Shown here one piece after another: positions 1-8,905 of a stretch of 64,000 nt of DNA; the stretch's first letter is position 1, and every line of letters starts with the position of its first letter. The notes under the pieces are model-generated. The model worked only from the letters and a program-made list of their open reading frames with translations. It had not been told where the DNA came from and ran no database searches. Position numbers and translations under genes: made by a program. Source of the stretch: a virus; IMG/VR virus record IMGVR_UViG_3300020416_000002; one strand, 5' to 3'.

Positions 1-293
1 GGGTTGACATATAATAACACGGTTCGCACACAATTATCTATGTGCAAAGAACCATCCCTACCAGGCCATTGCCCGTTAAAGTATATTTCGTCTACCTTAT
101 AGTCGCCGTCTAATATTGGTCTGAGTTGCCCCCAGAGGTGTTTATTATAGTACTCCCTATCACTTACATCATAATGTAGGAAATCATTGCCCGATCCGTT
201 ACTAGATTGAATACGCCAACTAACATCATCCGTATCATTAACAACTCTCTCAAGATCTTTTGGATCTAAGAAGTTATCATATTGCTCAATCAT
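1..293 (-). CDS. 2OG-Fe(II) oxygenase, partial (runs off window start; not in ORF track)
   Basis: Manual translation from ATG 293: MIEQYDNFLDPKDL...IYFNGQWPGRDGSLHIDNCANRVIIYVNP; HxD motif and typical YDNFL N-terminus. Confidence 0.75.
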   Translation of the reverse strand, partial: MIEQYDNFLDPKDLERVVNDTDDVSWRIQSSNGSGNDFLHYDVSDREYYNKHLWGQLRPILDGDYKVDEIYFNGQWPGRDGSLHIDNCVRTVLLYVN

Positions 294-474
294 TGTTCTC
301 TTCTAAGTACACACCGTCTCCGTCTAGAGACATCATAATGTTTGTTCCTTCGTACCAATCTAATTCATTACAGAATGATTCGGGGATTATGAGAGTATAT
401 TCGTCTGTTATCGGGTCAACCCTGAGGGATACTTTTATTTTGGAAAATTTTTTCACAAATATGTGGACTGACAC
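286..474 (-). CDS. AbrB/MazE-like small DNA-binding protein
   Basis: Pattern EYTLIIPESFCNELDWYEGTNIMMSLDGDGVYL fits the swapped-hairpin AbrB fold. Confidence 0.55.
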   Translation of the reverse strand: MSVHIFVKKFSKIKVSLRVDPITDEYTLIIPESFCNELDWYEGTNIMMSLDGDGVYLEENND

Positions 475-720
475 TTAGAATTATATATCAGAAATTTTTT
501 TTATATCTCGTTATCTCGAAGTCGATCTGGGTCGTTTATAGCTTATAAAGGTTCCATGAATTTAAATAGGCATCACCCGCCACATAATAACACATAAGAC
601 ATAAAATAACTGTCAAAATGTAACATCGAGCACTGTCAATACTGTGCTTATGTTATACTAACTGTAGCTGTGGGTTGCTGTTAATTACTCATGAACTTTG
701 AATCCCTGTGTGATACTGTT

Positions 721-750
721 ATTATAACACATAATCTCACAGACTGTCAA
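721..750 (-). promoter_or_regulatory. sigma70-type promoter TTGACA-N18-TATAAT with extended -10
   Basis: Consensus hexamers at 745-750 and 721-726 (minus strand), TG before the -10. Confidence 0.7.
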
Positions 751-824
751 CAACTGTGAGCATGCTATTTGTTAGTATGTCATGATACTTTCAGGACTGT
801 GTGTAACTTTGTGTGTCTGTGTTG

Positions 825-853
825 TTGACATTTTCAAATTCTTATGTTACGCT
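825..853 (+). promoter_or_regulatory. sigma70-type promoter TTGACA-N17-TACGCT, pointing at the DnaA-box pair
   Basis: TTGACA 825-830, TGn-TACGCT 845-853; no plus-strand gene downstream. Confidence 0.45.
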
Positions 854-1078
854 CGCTTAATGCACAACAACTCAACGCATTTAAATATACATTTAGTGAC
901 CACACAGTTAATGACATATAACACGCATATATGTTTATTTAAGTATTTAAAATAAATGCGTACTTTTCCACAAAACTGTTAATAACTGTGGAAAACACTT
1001 ATTAACACATAGTGCCCCTAATTGCGAGATTGATTGTGATAACTGCGATTTACACATTTGCGTACAGTATACACTTAA

Positions 1079-1303
1079 CTACGCATCTTTGTGGATTTCG
1101 TTGTTACTAACTAACTCACAATCTTTCCATTGGTGGGGATAAACTAGCATTGCAACTTTACAGGTTGGATGTAAACTATGGGGACAATGTGAGTCCTGTT
1201 CACTAACACAAAAGGTGATGTATTTGTCATCAACAAATTGTACTTCACCAATTATATTATCGTACTTAATTGTTACTCCGATTGCAAATTGTTCTTTCTG
1301 CAT
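1079..1303 (-). CDS. hypothetical early protein (SH3-like beta pattern)
   Basis: ORF track; part of a tightly packed minus-strand run. Confidence 0.6.
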   Translation of the reverse strand: MQKEQFAIGVTIKYDNIIGEVQFVDDKYITFCVSEQDSHCPHSLHPTCKVAMLVYPHQWKDCELVSNNEIHKDA

Positions 1304-1473
1304 GTTAGTAACTGATGTCTAGTTGATGTTAATAAGTCTTGAACATGTGCTGGTAATTGATCTCTACCTGCCCAAACATTCTCATAGTTGACTAACAACA
1401 AATTAAGAAAACTTAGTTGGTTATGTGATAACTCAATTGTAAATGTTGCTGTCTTATTTGTTGATGAACTCAT
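1273..1473 (-). CDS. hypothetical early protein
   Basis: ORF track; packed operon. Confidence 0.5.
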   Translation of the reverse strand: MSSSTNKTATFTIELSHNQLSFLNLLLVNYENVWAGRDQLPAHVQDLLTSTRHQLLTCRKNNLQSE

Positions 1474-1792
1474 TGTAATTTGTTGGATTGCTTAACTCTC
1501 TGGCGGCGTGACTCGCTGTTAGTTGTTGATACATAGAGACCAGATTTGACCTCTTCAGGATATGCTTCAAAGTATTTTACGATTTCTTCGTAATCAATTT
1601 GTTCGCATAGATTGTGGGGCATGATGTTAATTAGTGTGAATAGATTTAGATTTTAAATTGTCACTTAAGACAGGATAATCCTCCCAGTTGATAACATATT
1701 CATCAACATGATTAAACCACAATTCTTGTGGAATAGACTCCATAAGTTTGTCAATGTAGATGTCATTTAGTTGTTCGGAATTAGTCATTTAA

Positions 1793-2125
1793 TTAACTCT
1801 CAGTAAGTGATTTGAGTGATAAGTAAGCGATATCAAAATCATTATTCATTATATCACATAAGGAGCGAATTTGTTTCTCTCCATATGCATAAATGTGAAA
1901 AATGTTGTCCTCTTCATCATCATCTTCAACATACACTATATTACAATCTTCCTGCTCATATTTATTGACAAAGTTAATAATAGTGTCATAAGATTTGTCA
2001 AAGAACTCAACAACTAACTCACCTACATATCCATGAAAAAAGTTAAGATCTTTGCTAAGTTTGTCAATTGTTAGTGATTTACGAGGCATGATTGTAAGAA
2101 TGAAAGTAATAAAGAAAGAGGGCAA
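1793..2125 (-). CDS. hypothetical acidic early protein (start probably the internal MPRKSL)
   Basis: ORF track. Confidence 0.6.
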   Translation of the reverse strand: MPSFFITFILTIMPRKSLTIDKLSKDLNFFHGYVGELVVEFFDKSYDTIINFVNKYEQEDCNIVYVEDDDEEDNIFHIYAYGEKQIRSLCDIMNNDFDIAYLSLKSLTES

Positions 2126-2140
2126 TTTGCCCTCTATGTG

Positions 2141-2458
2141 TTAACTAATTGCTAACTCGAAACCGTCAACAAAATCCTCTTTGAGATTTTTGTAACCTAC
2201 GAACCACTCGAAATTCTTTTGGAATACTCTAGCACCATATGAAAATTCATCTAATAGTGCATTGAGTCTAGACTTAGTGGTGTTAGACTGCCAACCACCA
2301 TCGAAGAGTAAAATCGAATTTTGTCTTACTGTGGCAATATGGTTGCCATGAAGATAAACAAATGTCTCTGCACCATCGTGCTGAACTGAAGTGTTTGAAG
2401 AACTGAAGTTACGCCCCTGTCTGATAGCGTCGTTCATTTGTTGTTCGATTTTTCTCAT
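2141..2458 (-). CDS. conserved phage hypothetical (MRKIE...LHGNHIA...GGWQSNTTKSRLNAL family)
   Basis: Recognisable phage family motifs; start moved to ATG 2458 because the longer start overlaps the promoter. Confidence 0.75.
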   Translation of the reverse strand: MRKIEQQMNDAIRQGRNFSSSNTSVQHDGAETFVYLHGNHIATVRQNSILLFDGGWQSNTTKSRLNALLDEFSYGARVFQKNFEWFVGYKNLKEDFVDGFELAIS

Positions 2459-2519
2459 GTGTTGTTGTTTGTTGTTATTATAATAATAGGGCATTTTGGG
2501 GGTCATTGCAACCCCCTGT

Positions 2520-2541
2520 GTGACACTTTGTTAGGTGGCAC
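2520..2541 (-). promoter_or_regulatory. early-promoter palindrome copy 1 (GTGACACTT-TGTT-AGGTGGCAC); -35 TTGCAA 2506-2511, -10 TATTAT 2483-2488
   Basis: One of 11 copies with fixed spacing to a -10 box. Confidence 0.8.
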
Positions 2542-2845
2542 ATGATAGTGCTGAATTGAAAAATTGTGGAATAGTATTGAAGTCGGTTACCTCGTAACCG
2601 TAACCCTCTACACGAGAATCAACTTCATTTGTGAAATCTTTGTAATTAATATAACTCTTTGATTGAGTAGCACCTTGGAATGTGACAATCTTAAGCAACT
2701 GACGAGAGTTTATAGAACCATCCAAATACTTAACAGGATAGAAATCAACTTTCATTGATGCTTTTTTAGATGTGAGTTGCATAGGATTGACTAGAGAAGA
2801 ATGATTGAAGCGAGGGTATCCCTCAGCGTTTGATAATGTGAGCAT
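2531..2845 (-). CDS. hypothetical early protein (likely start MQLTSKK at 2782)
   Basis: ORF track; stop codon lies inside palindrome copy 1. Confidence 0.65.
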   Translation of the reverse strand: MLTLSNAEGYPRFNHSSLVNPMQLTSKKASMKVDFYPVKYLDGSINSRQLLKIVTFQGATQSKSYINYKDFTNEVDSRVEGYGYEVTDFNTIPQFFNSALSCAT

Positions 2846-2896
2846 CGCTTCAATACTATTATTATAGCGATTGAGCGAGCACTGTGGGGTGCTAGT

Positions 2897-2918
2897 GTGA
2901 CAGTTTGTCTACTGGCAC
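2897..2918 (-). promoter_or_regulatory. early-promoter palindrome copy 2; -10 TATAAT 2861-2866
   Basis: GTGACAGTT-TGTC-TACTGGCAC, 30-nt gap to the -10. Confidence 0.8.
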
Positions 2919-3091
2919 AAGTCATTGAATCGGCGTGTTGCCTCTTCTGCTATAACTGGCAAGTATCCTAGTTTGCTATTTTGCTCTAATGCATATAATT
3001 GATCATCAGTCAAATTATGCTCTTTTCTGTAATCCTCCCATGATTCGTCGTAACATGTTTCTAAGAGTGATTCGTGGTGAAGTGATGACAT
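2909..3091 (-). CDS. hypothetical early protein (MSSLHHESLLETCYDE family)
   Basis: ORF track; directly downstream of promoter copy 3. Confidence 0.7.
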   Translation of the reverse strand: MSSLHHESLLETCYDESWEDYRKEHNLTDDQLYALEQNSKLGYLPVIAEEATRRFNDLCQ

Positions 3092-3127
3092 TTTTCTTAA
3101 TTCGTTTGTATATACTAATTGTACATG

Positions 3128-3150
3128 AAAAAAGCGGTCTTGTGACCGCT
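3128..3150 (-). terminator. intrinsic terminator AGCGGTC-ACAA-GACCGCT-T-run, overlapping the promoter
   Basis: GC stem plus U-tract; identical copy at 4974-4996. Confidence 0.75.
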
Positions 3151-3153
3151 CAG

Positions 3154-3175
3154 TGTGCAGTTTGTGAACTGTCCA
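3154..3175 (-). promoter_or_regulatory. early-promoter palindrome copy 3; -10 TACAAT 3118-3123
   Basis: TGTGCAGTT-TGTG-AACTGTCCA, 30-nt gap. Confidence 0.75.
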
Positions 3176-3358
3176 CTAATCCTGATCTTGGATTATGTCC
3201 CATACTGCGATATAATTATTTAACCATTTTTGTTGTGAAATGGTTAGGGCATCGATCTCAGCATACTGGTGCCCATATAAAAGATCGTCAGCACTCATGA
3301 AAGGAAGATCGTTTTTAGAGCAAAAATCCTCTAATACATCTGATAAAAAATCTAACAT
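3176..3358 (-). CDS. hypothetical early protein
   Basis: ORF track; start abuts the upstream stop. Confidence 0.65.
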   Translation of the reverse strand: MLDFLSDVLEDFCSKNDLPFMSADDLLYGHQYAEIDALTISQQKWLNNYIAVWDIIQDQD

Positions 3359-3774
3359 TACTTAACCTCCTGTGGAATTGCAACAGGTCTAGAGGTGTCT
3401 TCGTTATAAACCTGATAAGCATGCCATTTATTATCTTTGAATAGATAAGCGAACTCACCACAACATCTATCAGTCGCTTTAATAAAATCCTTGAAATTCT
3501 TATGTAATACTGGTGGCACATTCTCGCCACGCTCACTATAATATTCTGGGCATGGTTTACGCTTTACAAATTCCTGTTTGTCATAGTCATACACATTGTC
3601 TGACCAACATGAACTCATGTCACCACCATCAATTAATTCGGCAACATTTTGAATTTCATTGAACTGCTGTTCAAGAGTAACGCCTAACCACTCTGGATAA
3701 CCATCCCAGTGATGATAAGCGGATAGAATTGAACCGTCTGATAATTGAAGTCCGATGCGTGAATTAGTTGACAT
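3358..3774 (-). CDS. conserved phage hypothetical (MSTNSRIG...YHHWDGYPEWLG family)
   Basis: Widespread YxHxDGYP phage family; start ATG 3774 lies after promoter copy 4. Confidence 0.8.
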   Translation of the reverse strand: MSTNSRIGLQLSDGSILSAYHHWDGYPEWLGVTLEQQFNEIQNVAELIDGGDMSSCWSDNVYDYDKQEFVKRKPCPEYYSERGENVPPVLHKNFKDFIKATDRCCGEFAYLFKDNKWHAYQVYNEDTSRPVAIPQEVK

Positions 3775-3837
3775 TTGTTGTTGTTTGTTTGTTATGTACT
3801 TATTATAATGCCTATTGTAGAGCAATAGGGCAATAGT

Positions 3838-3859
3838 GTGACAGTTTGTCGATTGTCAT
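3838..3859 (-). promoter_or_regulatory. early-promoter palindrome copy 4; -10 TATAAT 3802-3807
   Basis: GTGACAGTT-TGTC-GATTGTCAT, 30-nt gap. Confidence 0.8.
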
Positions 3860-4191
3860 AGGTATTGAATTTCTCCCTGTTCTACTGCTTCCATATATTC
3901 ACACATATCAGAATGTGCCTTTTCTTTATTGTCATTATTTTCTTTCCATGTTAAATCTTTGTAGATATCAAAAAGTATTTCCATATTGACGCCCTCCCAG
4001 TCAGTCCATGAACTGACATATTCTAATTGTGATTTGTCATAACCACCTGATTTAAGACTAGGTGCAGTTATAAACTCAAATGCAATGTCAATGAAAAAAT
4101 GTCTTCCAAACTCTTCGGATTGAATAGTTTGCAATGGAATAAATTCACCATTGTCATCATTTAAGTAATTTTTGAATATGTAAGTTCTCAT
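3856..4191 (-). CDS. hypothetical early protein
   Basis: ORF track. Confidence 0.65.
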   Translation of the reverse strand: MRTYIFKNYLNDDNGEFIPLQTIQSEEFGRHFFIDIAFEFITAPSLKSGGYDKSQLEYVSSWTDWEGVNMEILFDIYKDLTWKENNDNKEKAHSDMCEYMEAVEQGEIQYL

Positions 4192-4394
4192 TATACAATC
4201 CCCTGAGCAACTAAATCAAAAATGTCACCGTAGTCAAATACGATTTCACCAGTTGAATTTTCTCGGACACATGAATATCCGTAATCCTGACCCCATTCGA
4301 TACATGCATTTTCTGCAGTCTCTAGGTCAGATGTATAAATGTCACCACCGATAGTCTTAGATGGTGTTTCGATTGTGTAAAGGAATTTGTTCAT
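4191..4394 (-). CDS. hypothetical early protein, probably leaderless
   Basis: ATG lies 7 nt after the -10 at 4401-4406. Confidence 0.65.
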   Translation of the reverse strand: MNKFLYTIETPSKTIGGDIYTSDLETAENACIEWGQDYGYSCVRENSTGEIVFDYGDIFDLVAQGIV

Positions 4395-4436
4395 GTCTTT
4401 ATTATAAGGAAGATTTGCATGTAATAGGGAAACTGT

Positions 4437-4458
4437 GTGACAGTTTATTATCTGTCAC
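4437..4458 (-). promoter_or_regulatory. early-promoter palindrome copy 5; -10 TATAAT 4401-4406
   Basis: GTGACAGTT-TATT-ATCTGTCAC, 30-nt gap. Confidence 0.8.
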
Positions 4459-4715
4459 TCTCCTATAAACTTATAGTTGTAATCATAGAGTAAAATGTCT
4501 CTGACTTTCTCTCTGTCAAGTGAGTCACCATCACCCCAGTTAAAAAGTGTTTCAGTCTCATCAGCACATAATTGTAGATAGTTGTAAACTGCATTGTAAA
4601 TGTCAGTTCTACATAATGGTTGCTTAGTCTCTTTAGACATCATAGGATAAACTGGATCATCCTGACCATAAAATGAATCAATGTAATCAACAAATTCAAT
4701 CATTTCTCTTTGCAT
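4455..4715 (-). CDS. conserved phage hypothetical (WGDGDSLDREKVRD motif)
   Basis: ORF track; familiar cyanophage early-protein motif. Confidence 0.7.
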   Translation of the reverse strand: MQREMIEFVDYIDSFYGQDDPVYPMMSKETKQPLCRTDIYNAVYNYLQLCADETETLFNWGDGDSLDREKVRDILLYDYNYKFIGE

Positions 4716-4717
4716 GA

Positions 4718-4936
4718 TTAACCCTCCCCTCTAATGTAACCATTTTCAGATTTGATGAACTGGTCTAACATAGGGATATGTAATTCAGGATCATCTAGAT
4801 CGATTCCATTTAGATGATATACACCCCACTCTGCTATCTCTTGTAAAAACTCTGACCAGTCAGCACATACACATGCAACATTACTCATATTGCGTGAATA
4901 TAGAATTCTGTTAATAACTGTTTGGGTTTTAGTCAT
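4718..4936 (-). CDS. hypothetical early protein
   Basis: ORF track; downstream of promoter copy 6. Confidence 0.65.
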   Translation of the reverse strand: MTKTQTVINRILYSRNMSNVACVCADWSEFLQEIAEWGVYHLNGIDLDDPELHIPMLDQFIKSENGYIRGEG

Positions 4937-4973
4937 AATACTGTTGTTGTTTGTTATATACTAATTGTACACA

Positions 4974-4996
4974 AAAAAAGCGGTCTTGTGACCGCT
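4974..4996 (-). terminator. intrinsic terminator, duplicate of 3128-3150
   Basis: AAAAAAGCGGTCTTGTGACCGCT identical in both places. Confidence 0.75.
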
Positions 4997-4999
4997 TAG

Positions 5000-5021
5000 T
5001 GGACAGTTTGTCAACTGTCAC
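5000..5021 (-). promoter_or_regulatory. early-promoter palindrome copy 6; -10 TACAAT 4964-4969
   Basis: TGGACAGTT-TGTC-AACTGTCAC, 30-nt gap. Confidence 0.8.
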
Positions 5022-5312
5022 CATCTTTGATAAATTCATCTAGATCGTTTATAATGCTCTCAATGTCCTTTTCTTCATCATCACTCAAATCAATGTAACA
5101 TTGCTCAATGCACCATAACAGTAAATCCGCTTGATTTCTATTCAGTTTGAGATTGATTTGTGAAGTGATCATTTGTTAAGAGGTGAATTAAAATATGCTT
5201 TGTTGACTGTGTAAACAGTAAACAATGCAACAGCGATACCCAAAAAACCTAACCAAAGAATAGGTGAATGGGGAAAATCGTAAGTTGGAATTGTCATTGA
5301 ATTTGTCATTGA

Positions 5313-5585
5313 TTAATAACCGTAATTTGGAAGTTGTGAGTCATCGTCATCTTCATTAGCAAAATACATTGCATTGAATTGAGCGATGTTTAAATAGTCC
5401 TTTTCATGATATCGTTGCCACTCTGAATCGTCTTCAGGAATAAAAACGAACTCTTCACAAAAATGCTCAACAGATGCAAGTTTTTGTTTTTCAATGCACC
5501 TGAGCATGTCACCGATCTGTTGATCATCCATTTCACATTCATCGATGCAAAATGCGATGTTCTTTTCAAGTTGTTCAGTACTCAT
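5313..5585 (-). CDS. hypothetical acidic early protein
   Basis: ORF track. Confidence 0.65.
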   Translation of the reverse strand: MSTEQLEKNIAFCIDECEMDDQQIGDMLRCIEKQKLASVEHFCEEFVFIPEDDSEWQRYHEKDYLNIAQFNAMYFANEDDDDSQLPNYGY

Positions 5586-5711
5586 TGATTAGTGCCTTGA
5601 TTAGTACATTGTCAATATACTCGTTATCTGGAGCATATTCAAGTGGTCTTGTGCCACTTTCTAAACTGTCATACCAGAAGTCATTCCAGTCCTCTTTTGA
5701 TGCTTCACTGA

Positions 5712-5879
5712 TCATGGTGCATAAACCTCCCATTGTGATTTGTTTACTGATTCTCTGCAGCACATACAAGTTAGTGCTGACCAACTAAAATGATATACTT
5801 TAGAGGTCTGGGAGCATTTAGGGCAAGTTATCCACTTGCCGTCTCTACTTGCTCTAGTGTAACGATTAACTTTAGTCAT
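5712..5879 (-). CDS. small zinc-ribbon protein, 55 aa (below ORF-track cutoff)
   Basis: Manual translation MTKVNRYTRASRDGKWITCPKCSQTSKVYHFSWSALTCMCCRESVNKSQWEVYAP; two CxxC pairs; ATGA overlap with the next ORF (5575-5715). Confidence 0.7.
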   Translation of the reverse strand: MTKVNRYTRASRDGKWITCPKCSQTSKVYHFSWSALTCMCCRESVNKSQWEVYAP

Positions 5880-5964
5880 GAGTGAGGATCATACTTGCGA
5901 ATAATGTAAAGAGCGAGGGCAACACCTACTGATGTTGACCCGAAAATGATTAAAAACAATGGCA

Positions 5965-6327
5965 TTAACCCCTCCTAAGGTAAAGATAACCGCCTGCCCA
6001 GTCTGTAAAACTAGGATCATGCACCATTCTTCTCTCTGAAATAAGTCTCATATCAAATCTGACATGCTTTGCAGGAGATTTCCAAGATGCAGGTTTGTAA
6101 ACTTCACCAGTTTTACGATCTACAAATGCATGAACACTACCGTCATGCAAGATCTTCCAGTATTTCTTGCCTTGAGACATTGAAAATTCCTTGCCTTCCT
6201 TACCCCATCTACGAGAGTAGTTTTCTTCAAGAGATCTGCACATTTGCCAAGTCCACTTTTCTACTCTCTCTGTTAGAGATAGATTTTCATCTGCAATAGT
6301 TGCGATAGTTGGAATTGGTTTGAGCAT
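5965..6327 (-). CDS. conserved phage hypothetical (SVHAFVDRKTGEVYKPASWKSPAKHVRF family)
   Basis: Well-known cyanophage hypothetical motif; start lies after promoter copy 7. Confidence 0.8.
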   Translation of the reverse strand: MLKPIPTIATIADENLSLTERVEKWTWQMCRSLEENYSRRWGKEGKEFSMSQGKKYWKILHDGSVHAFVDRKTGEVYKPASWKSPAKHVRFDMRLISERRMVHDPSFTDWAGGYLYLRRG

Positions 6328-6352
6328 AAGACCTCTTGTTGTTATATTATTA

Positions 6353-7303
6353 TTATACACGCTCTAAGGCATCTGTAAGTCCATTGTGTACCACTTTATC
6401 AACTGGCACACGCTCATCAATTAATGAACTGTACTCTTCATGCAGTTCACATCCTATATAATTTCTGCCCAGATCCCTTGCTACCATTGCAGTTGTGCCA
6501 CTTCCCATGAACGGATCTAGTATGATATCACCCTTTTCTGATCCCGCTTTAATACATGGTATAATTAAATCGGGTGGAAATACTGCAAAATGAGCACCCT
6601 TATAAGGTTTATTTGTTATAGACCAAACTGATCGTTTGTTCTTTTTTGCATAACTTTTACTTAACCCTGTGTGAGGGGATAAACCAGTGCCAACATTATG
6701 ATACTTACCTTTACTACGGTTGCGAGTACCCCAGTCCCTAGCAGGTTCTTTGATTGCTTCGTTGTCATAATAATACTTTTTGTTTTTACTTAATAGGAAT
6801 AAGTATTCATGGGATTTTGTACATCTATCTCTTACACTTTCAGGCATTGGATTAGGTTTATGCCATATAATATCCTGTCTGAGATACCATCCATCTGCCC
6901 TTAATGCAAATGCCAACATCCAAGGAATACCAATTAAATCTTTCTCTTTTAGTCCCTCTAATTTGTTACCTCGTCTAGCACATTTATCAGGTAAATCTTG
7001 TTTAGTATTTGATACAGTTTGTTTAACTAATGCCTGACCTTTTCCTGGTCTATAGTTATAATAACTGTCACCAATATTTAACCATAATGTACCATCATCA
7101 GTAAGACAATTTCTAACACCTCTAAACACATTTACAAGATTATTAATATATTCTTCTGGTGTATCTTCTTGTCCTATTTGATTACTTTCTCCACCATAAT
7201 CTCTTAATCCATAATAAGGTGGGGATGTAACACACATCCTTACTTTATCATCAATTTGTTGCAATGTGTCACGACAATCGCCATATAATATGATATTATG
7301 CAT
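6353..7303 (-). CDS. beta-class amino DNA methyltransferase (SPPY, likely N4-cytosine)
   Basis: VTSPPYYGLRDY catalytic motif, IWHKPNPMPES, HFAVFP, DPFMGSGTT SAM motif. Confidence 0.92.
   Translation of the reverse strand: MHNIILYGDCRDTLQQIDDKVRMCVTSPPYYGLRDYGGESNQIGQEDTPEEYINNLVNVFRGVRNCLTDDGTLWLNIGDSYYNYRPGKGQALVKQTVSNTKQDLPDKCARRGNKLEGLKEKDLIGIPWMLAFALRADGWYLRQDIIWHKPNPMPESVRDRCTKSHEYLFLLSKNKKYYYDNEAIKEPARDWGTRNRSKGKYHNVGTGLSPHTGLSKSYAKKNKRSVWSITNKPYKGAHFAVFPPDLIIPCIKAGSEKGDIILDPFMGSGTTAMVARDLGRNYIGCELHEEYSSLIDERVPVDKVVHNGLTDALERV
6388..6409 (-). promoter_or_regulatory. early-promoter palindrome copy 7 (inside the MTase 3' end); -10 TATAAT 6352-6357
   Basis: GTACCACTT-TATC-AACTGGCAC, 30-nt gap. 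Confidence 0.75.
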
Positions 7304-7494
7304 TAGTTAAGATTAATCCTCTTAACATCTACATCACCATACTGTTCTTTAACAGTTCTAGATGCTGATTGATAATTAGTAGCAGGAACTGTAACAGTAA
7401 TCAAACCCATATCGTTACGATAAAATGTAACTGAGGCGGTGCGATTGTTGCCAAACATAGTTAAGAATTGATAGAGGGAACAGTAGTGAGACAC
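7303..7494 (-). CDS. hypothetical (likely start MFGNNR)
   Basis: ORF track. Confidence 0.5.
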   Translation of the reverse strand: MSHYCSLYQFLTMFGNNRTASVTFYRNDMGLITVTVPATNYQSASRTVKEQYGDVDVKRINLN

Positions 7495-7656
7495 TTGATA
7501 ATTTCAATTTCAGTGCCTAGATCATTTTGAATTAATACCTTAGCAGCATTTGGTGTACTAGCAAACTTTTCTTCAGTATAATGTTTTCTACCGTTGGGAA
7601 GTTTGCGATAAGTAACTGACTGAATGTAAGACATAATTGTTATTTAAATTTGTAAT

Positions 7657-8847
7657 TTATTTAGTGACAGTAGAGATAGCAGGCAAACCTTGATTGAAAA
7701 TAGTATCAACAACTGCTTCAACTTTGCGAGCAGTGGATACACCTACATTAGAGTAAACTGGGACACATACGAGACCGAATACTTTAGTCTCATCACCTTT
7801 ACGAATAACTCTACCGATTGTTTGACTGATACCTATGTAATCCATAGAACGCAAAAACAATACTGCTTCAAGTCCATTGACATTGATACCTTCTGAGAGT
7901 ATGCTGTGATGGAGTACAACAAAACGAGTTTTGTCTTTACCCCATGCATTTAGTTGCTCAAAGAACTTGTCACGATTGACTTTTTTACCATTGATGATTG
8001 CACCAGTTTTTGCTGTGATGTACATCCAATTGTAACCACGCTGAGATAGTTCATAACAAAAATCAGTGTGAGTAACTAGATTTACAATTTGCTTAGTTGA
8101 CTTTGCACAAATGAGCACTTTATGCTTTTTGATGTTGTCAAGAGACTGCAGCATTTGCTCTGAATCTACATCAGCAACCAACTCATCTTTTTTGAGCAAA
8201 CGAGAGGTATAAACTTCTACCTTTGGTGGTAGAATGTAACCTTGATCTACAAGAAGAGGAGCGGGAACCTGACATATTACATTGCCATACACTGCTGTGT
8301 CATTCATACCTGCCTTGAAAGGTGTTCTAGAGTGTTTTGGAGTGGCAGTGAAGAAATAACAACGCTGAGCATTAGCAGCGAAATGCTCTGTAGCAGGGAA
8401 GAAGTTTTTTTGAACTGAGTTGTGTGCTTCATCAAAGTAAATAGTGTCAACATTTAGGTTAGCATCGACAACTCTACGCAAACTGTGATAAGTTGTGAAG
8501 ATGAAGCGATGGCATTGCATTTGGGAGCACATCACATCAAATAATGCGATCTGCTTTGCATTTGTTGTGCTGAAATGCTTAGTCTCACCACTGTGGATGT
8601 GTGCAGGCACGACATCAGGACGAGCAAAACCATCGAACTCTAGAAATTCCTCGCACAATTGCTGTGCAAGTAGAATACGAGGAGCAACAACAACAAATGT
8701 CAATGGATGAGTAGACTCATTCATTTTTGTAATTGCATCAGTGATCATGCATGCAGTCTTACCACCACCAGTAGGAATAATTACCTGACCTAAGTCATTG
8801 TTACTCATTGCATTGACTGCTTCAATTTGATGGGGACGAAGTTGCAT
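7657..8847 (-). CDS. SF2 DEAH helicase (ResIII-like)
   Basis: Q-motif LRPHQ, Walker A PTGGGKT, DEAH, TATP, LSEGINV, QTIGRVIR. Confidence 0.92.
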   Translation of the reverse strand: MQLRPHQIEAVNAMSNNDLGQVIIPTGGGKTACMITDAITKMNESTHPLTFVVVAPRILLAQQLCEEFLEFDGFARPDVVPAHIHSGETKHFSTTNAKQIALFDVMCSQMQCHRFIFTTYHSLRRVVDANLNVDTIYFDEAHNSVQKNFFPATEHFAANAQRCYFFTATPKHSRTPFKAGMNDTAVYGNVICQVPAPLLVDQGYILPPKVEVYTSRLLKKDELVADVDSEQMLQSLDNIKKHKVLICAKSTKQIVNLVTHTDFCYELSQRGYNWMYITAKTGAIINGKKVNRDKFFEQLNAWGKDKTRFVVLHHSILSEGINVNGLEAVLFLRSMDYIGISQTIGRVIRKGDETKVFGLVCVPVYSNVGVSTARKVEAVVDTIFNQGLPAISTVTK

Positions 8848-8879
8848 AAACCTTGATTGCTATACATGTATTATGACAT

Positions 8880-8905
8880 AAAAAAAGCACCCTGTAAAGG
8901 GTGCT
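8880..8905 (-). terminator. intrinsic terminator AGCACCCT-TTAC-AGGGTGCT-T-run; loop carries -35 TTTACA (17 nt to CATAAT 8870-8875)
   Basis: 8-bp stem plus U-tract. Confidence 0.75.

Larger units (their letters stand above)
475..1078. other. ~600-bp non-coding region, candidate replication origin/control region
   Basis: No ORF of 60 aa or more in an otherwise dense genome; inverted TTTTCCACA (964-972) / TGTGGAAAA (987-995); AT-rich patch ~925-960; repeated ACTGTCAA and ATAACAC words. Confidence 0.45.
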
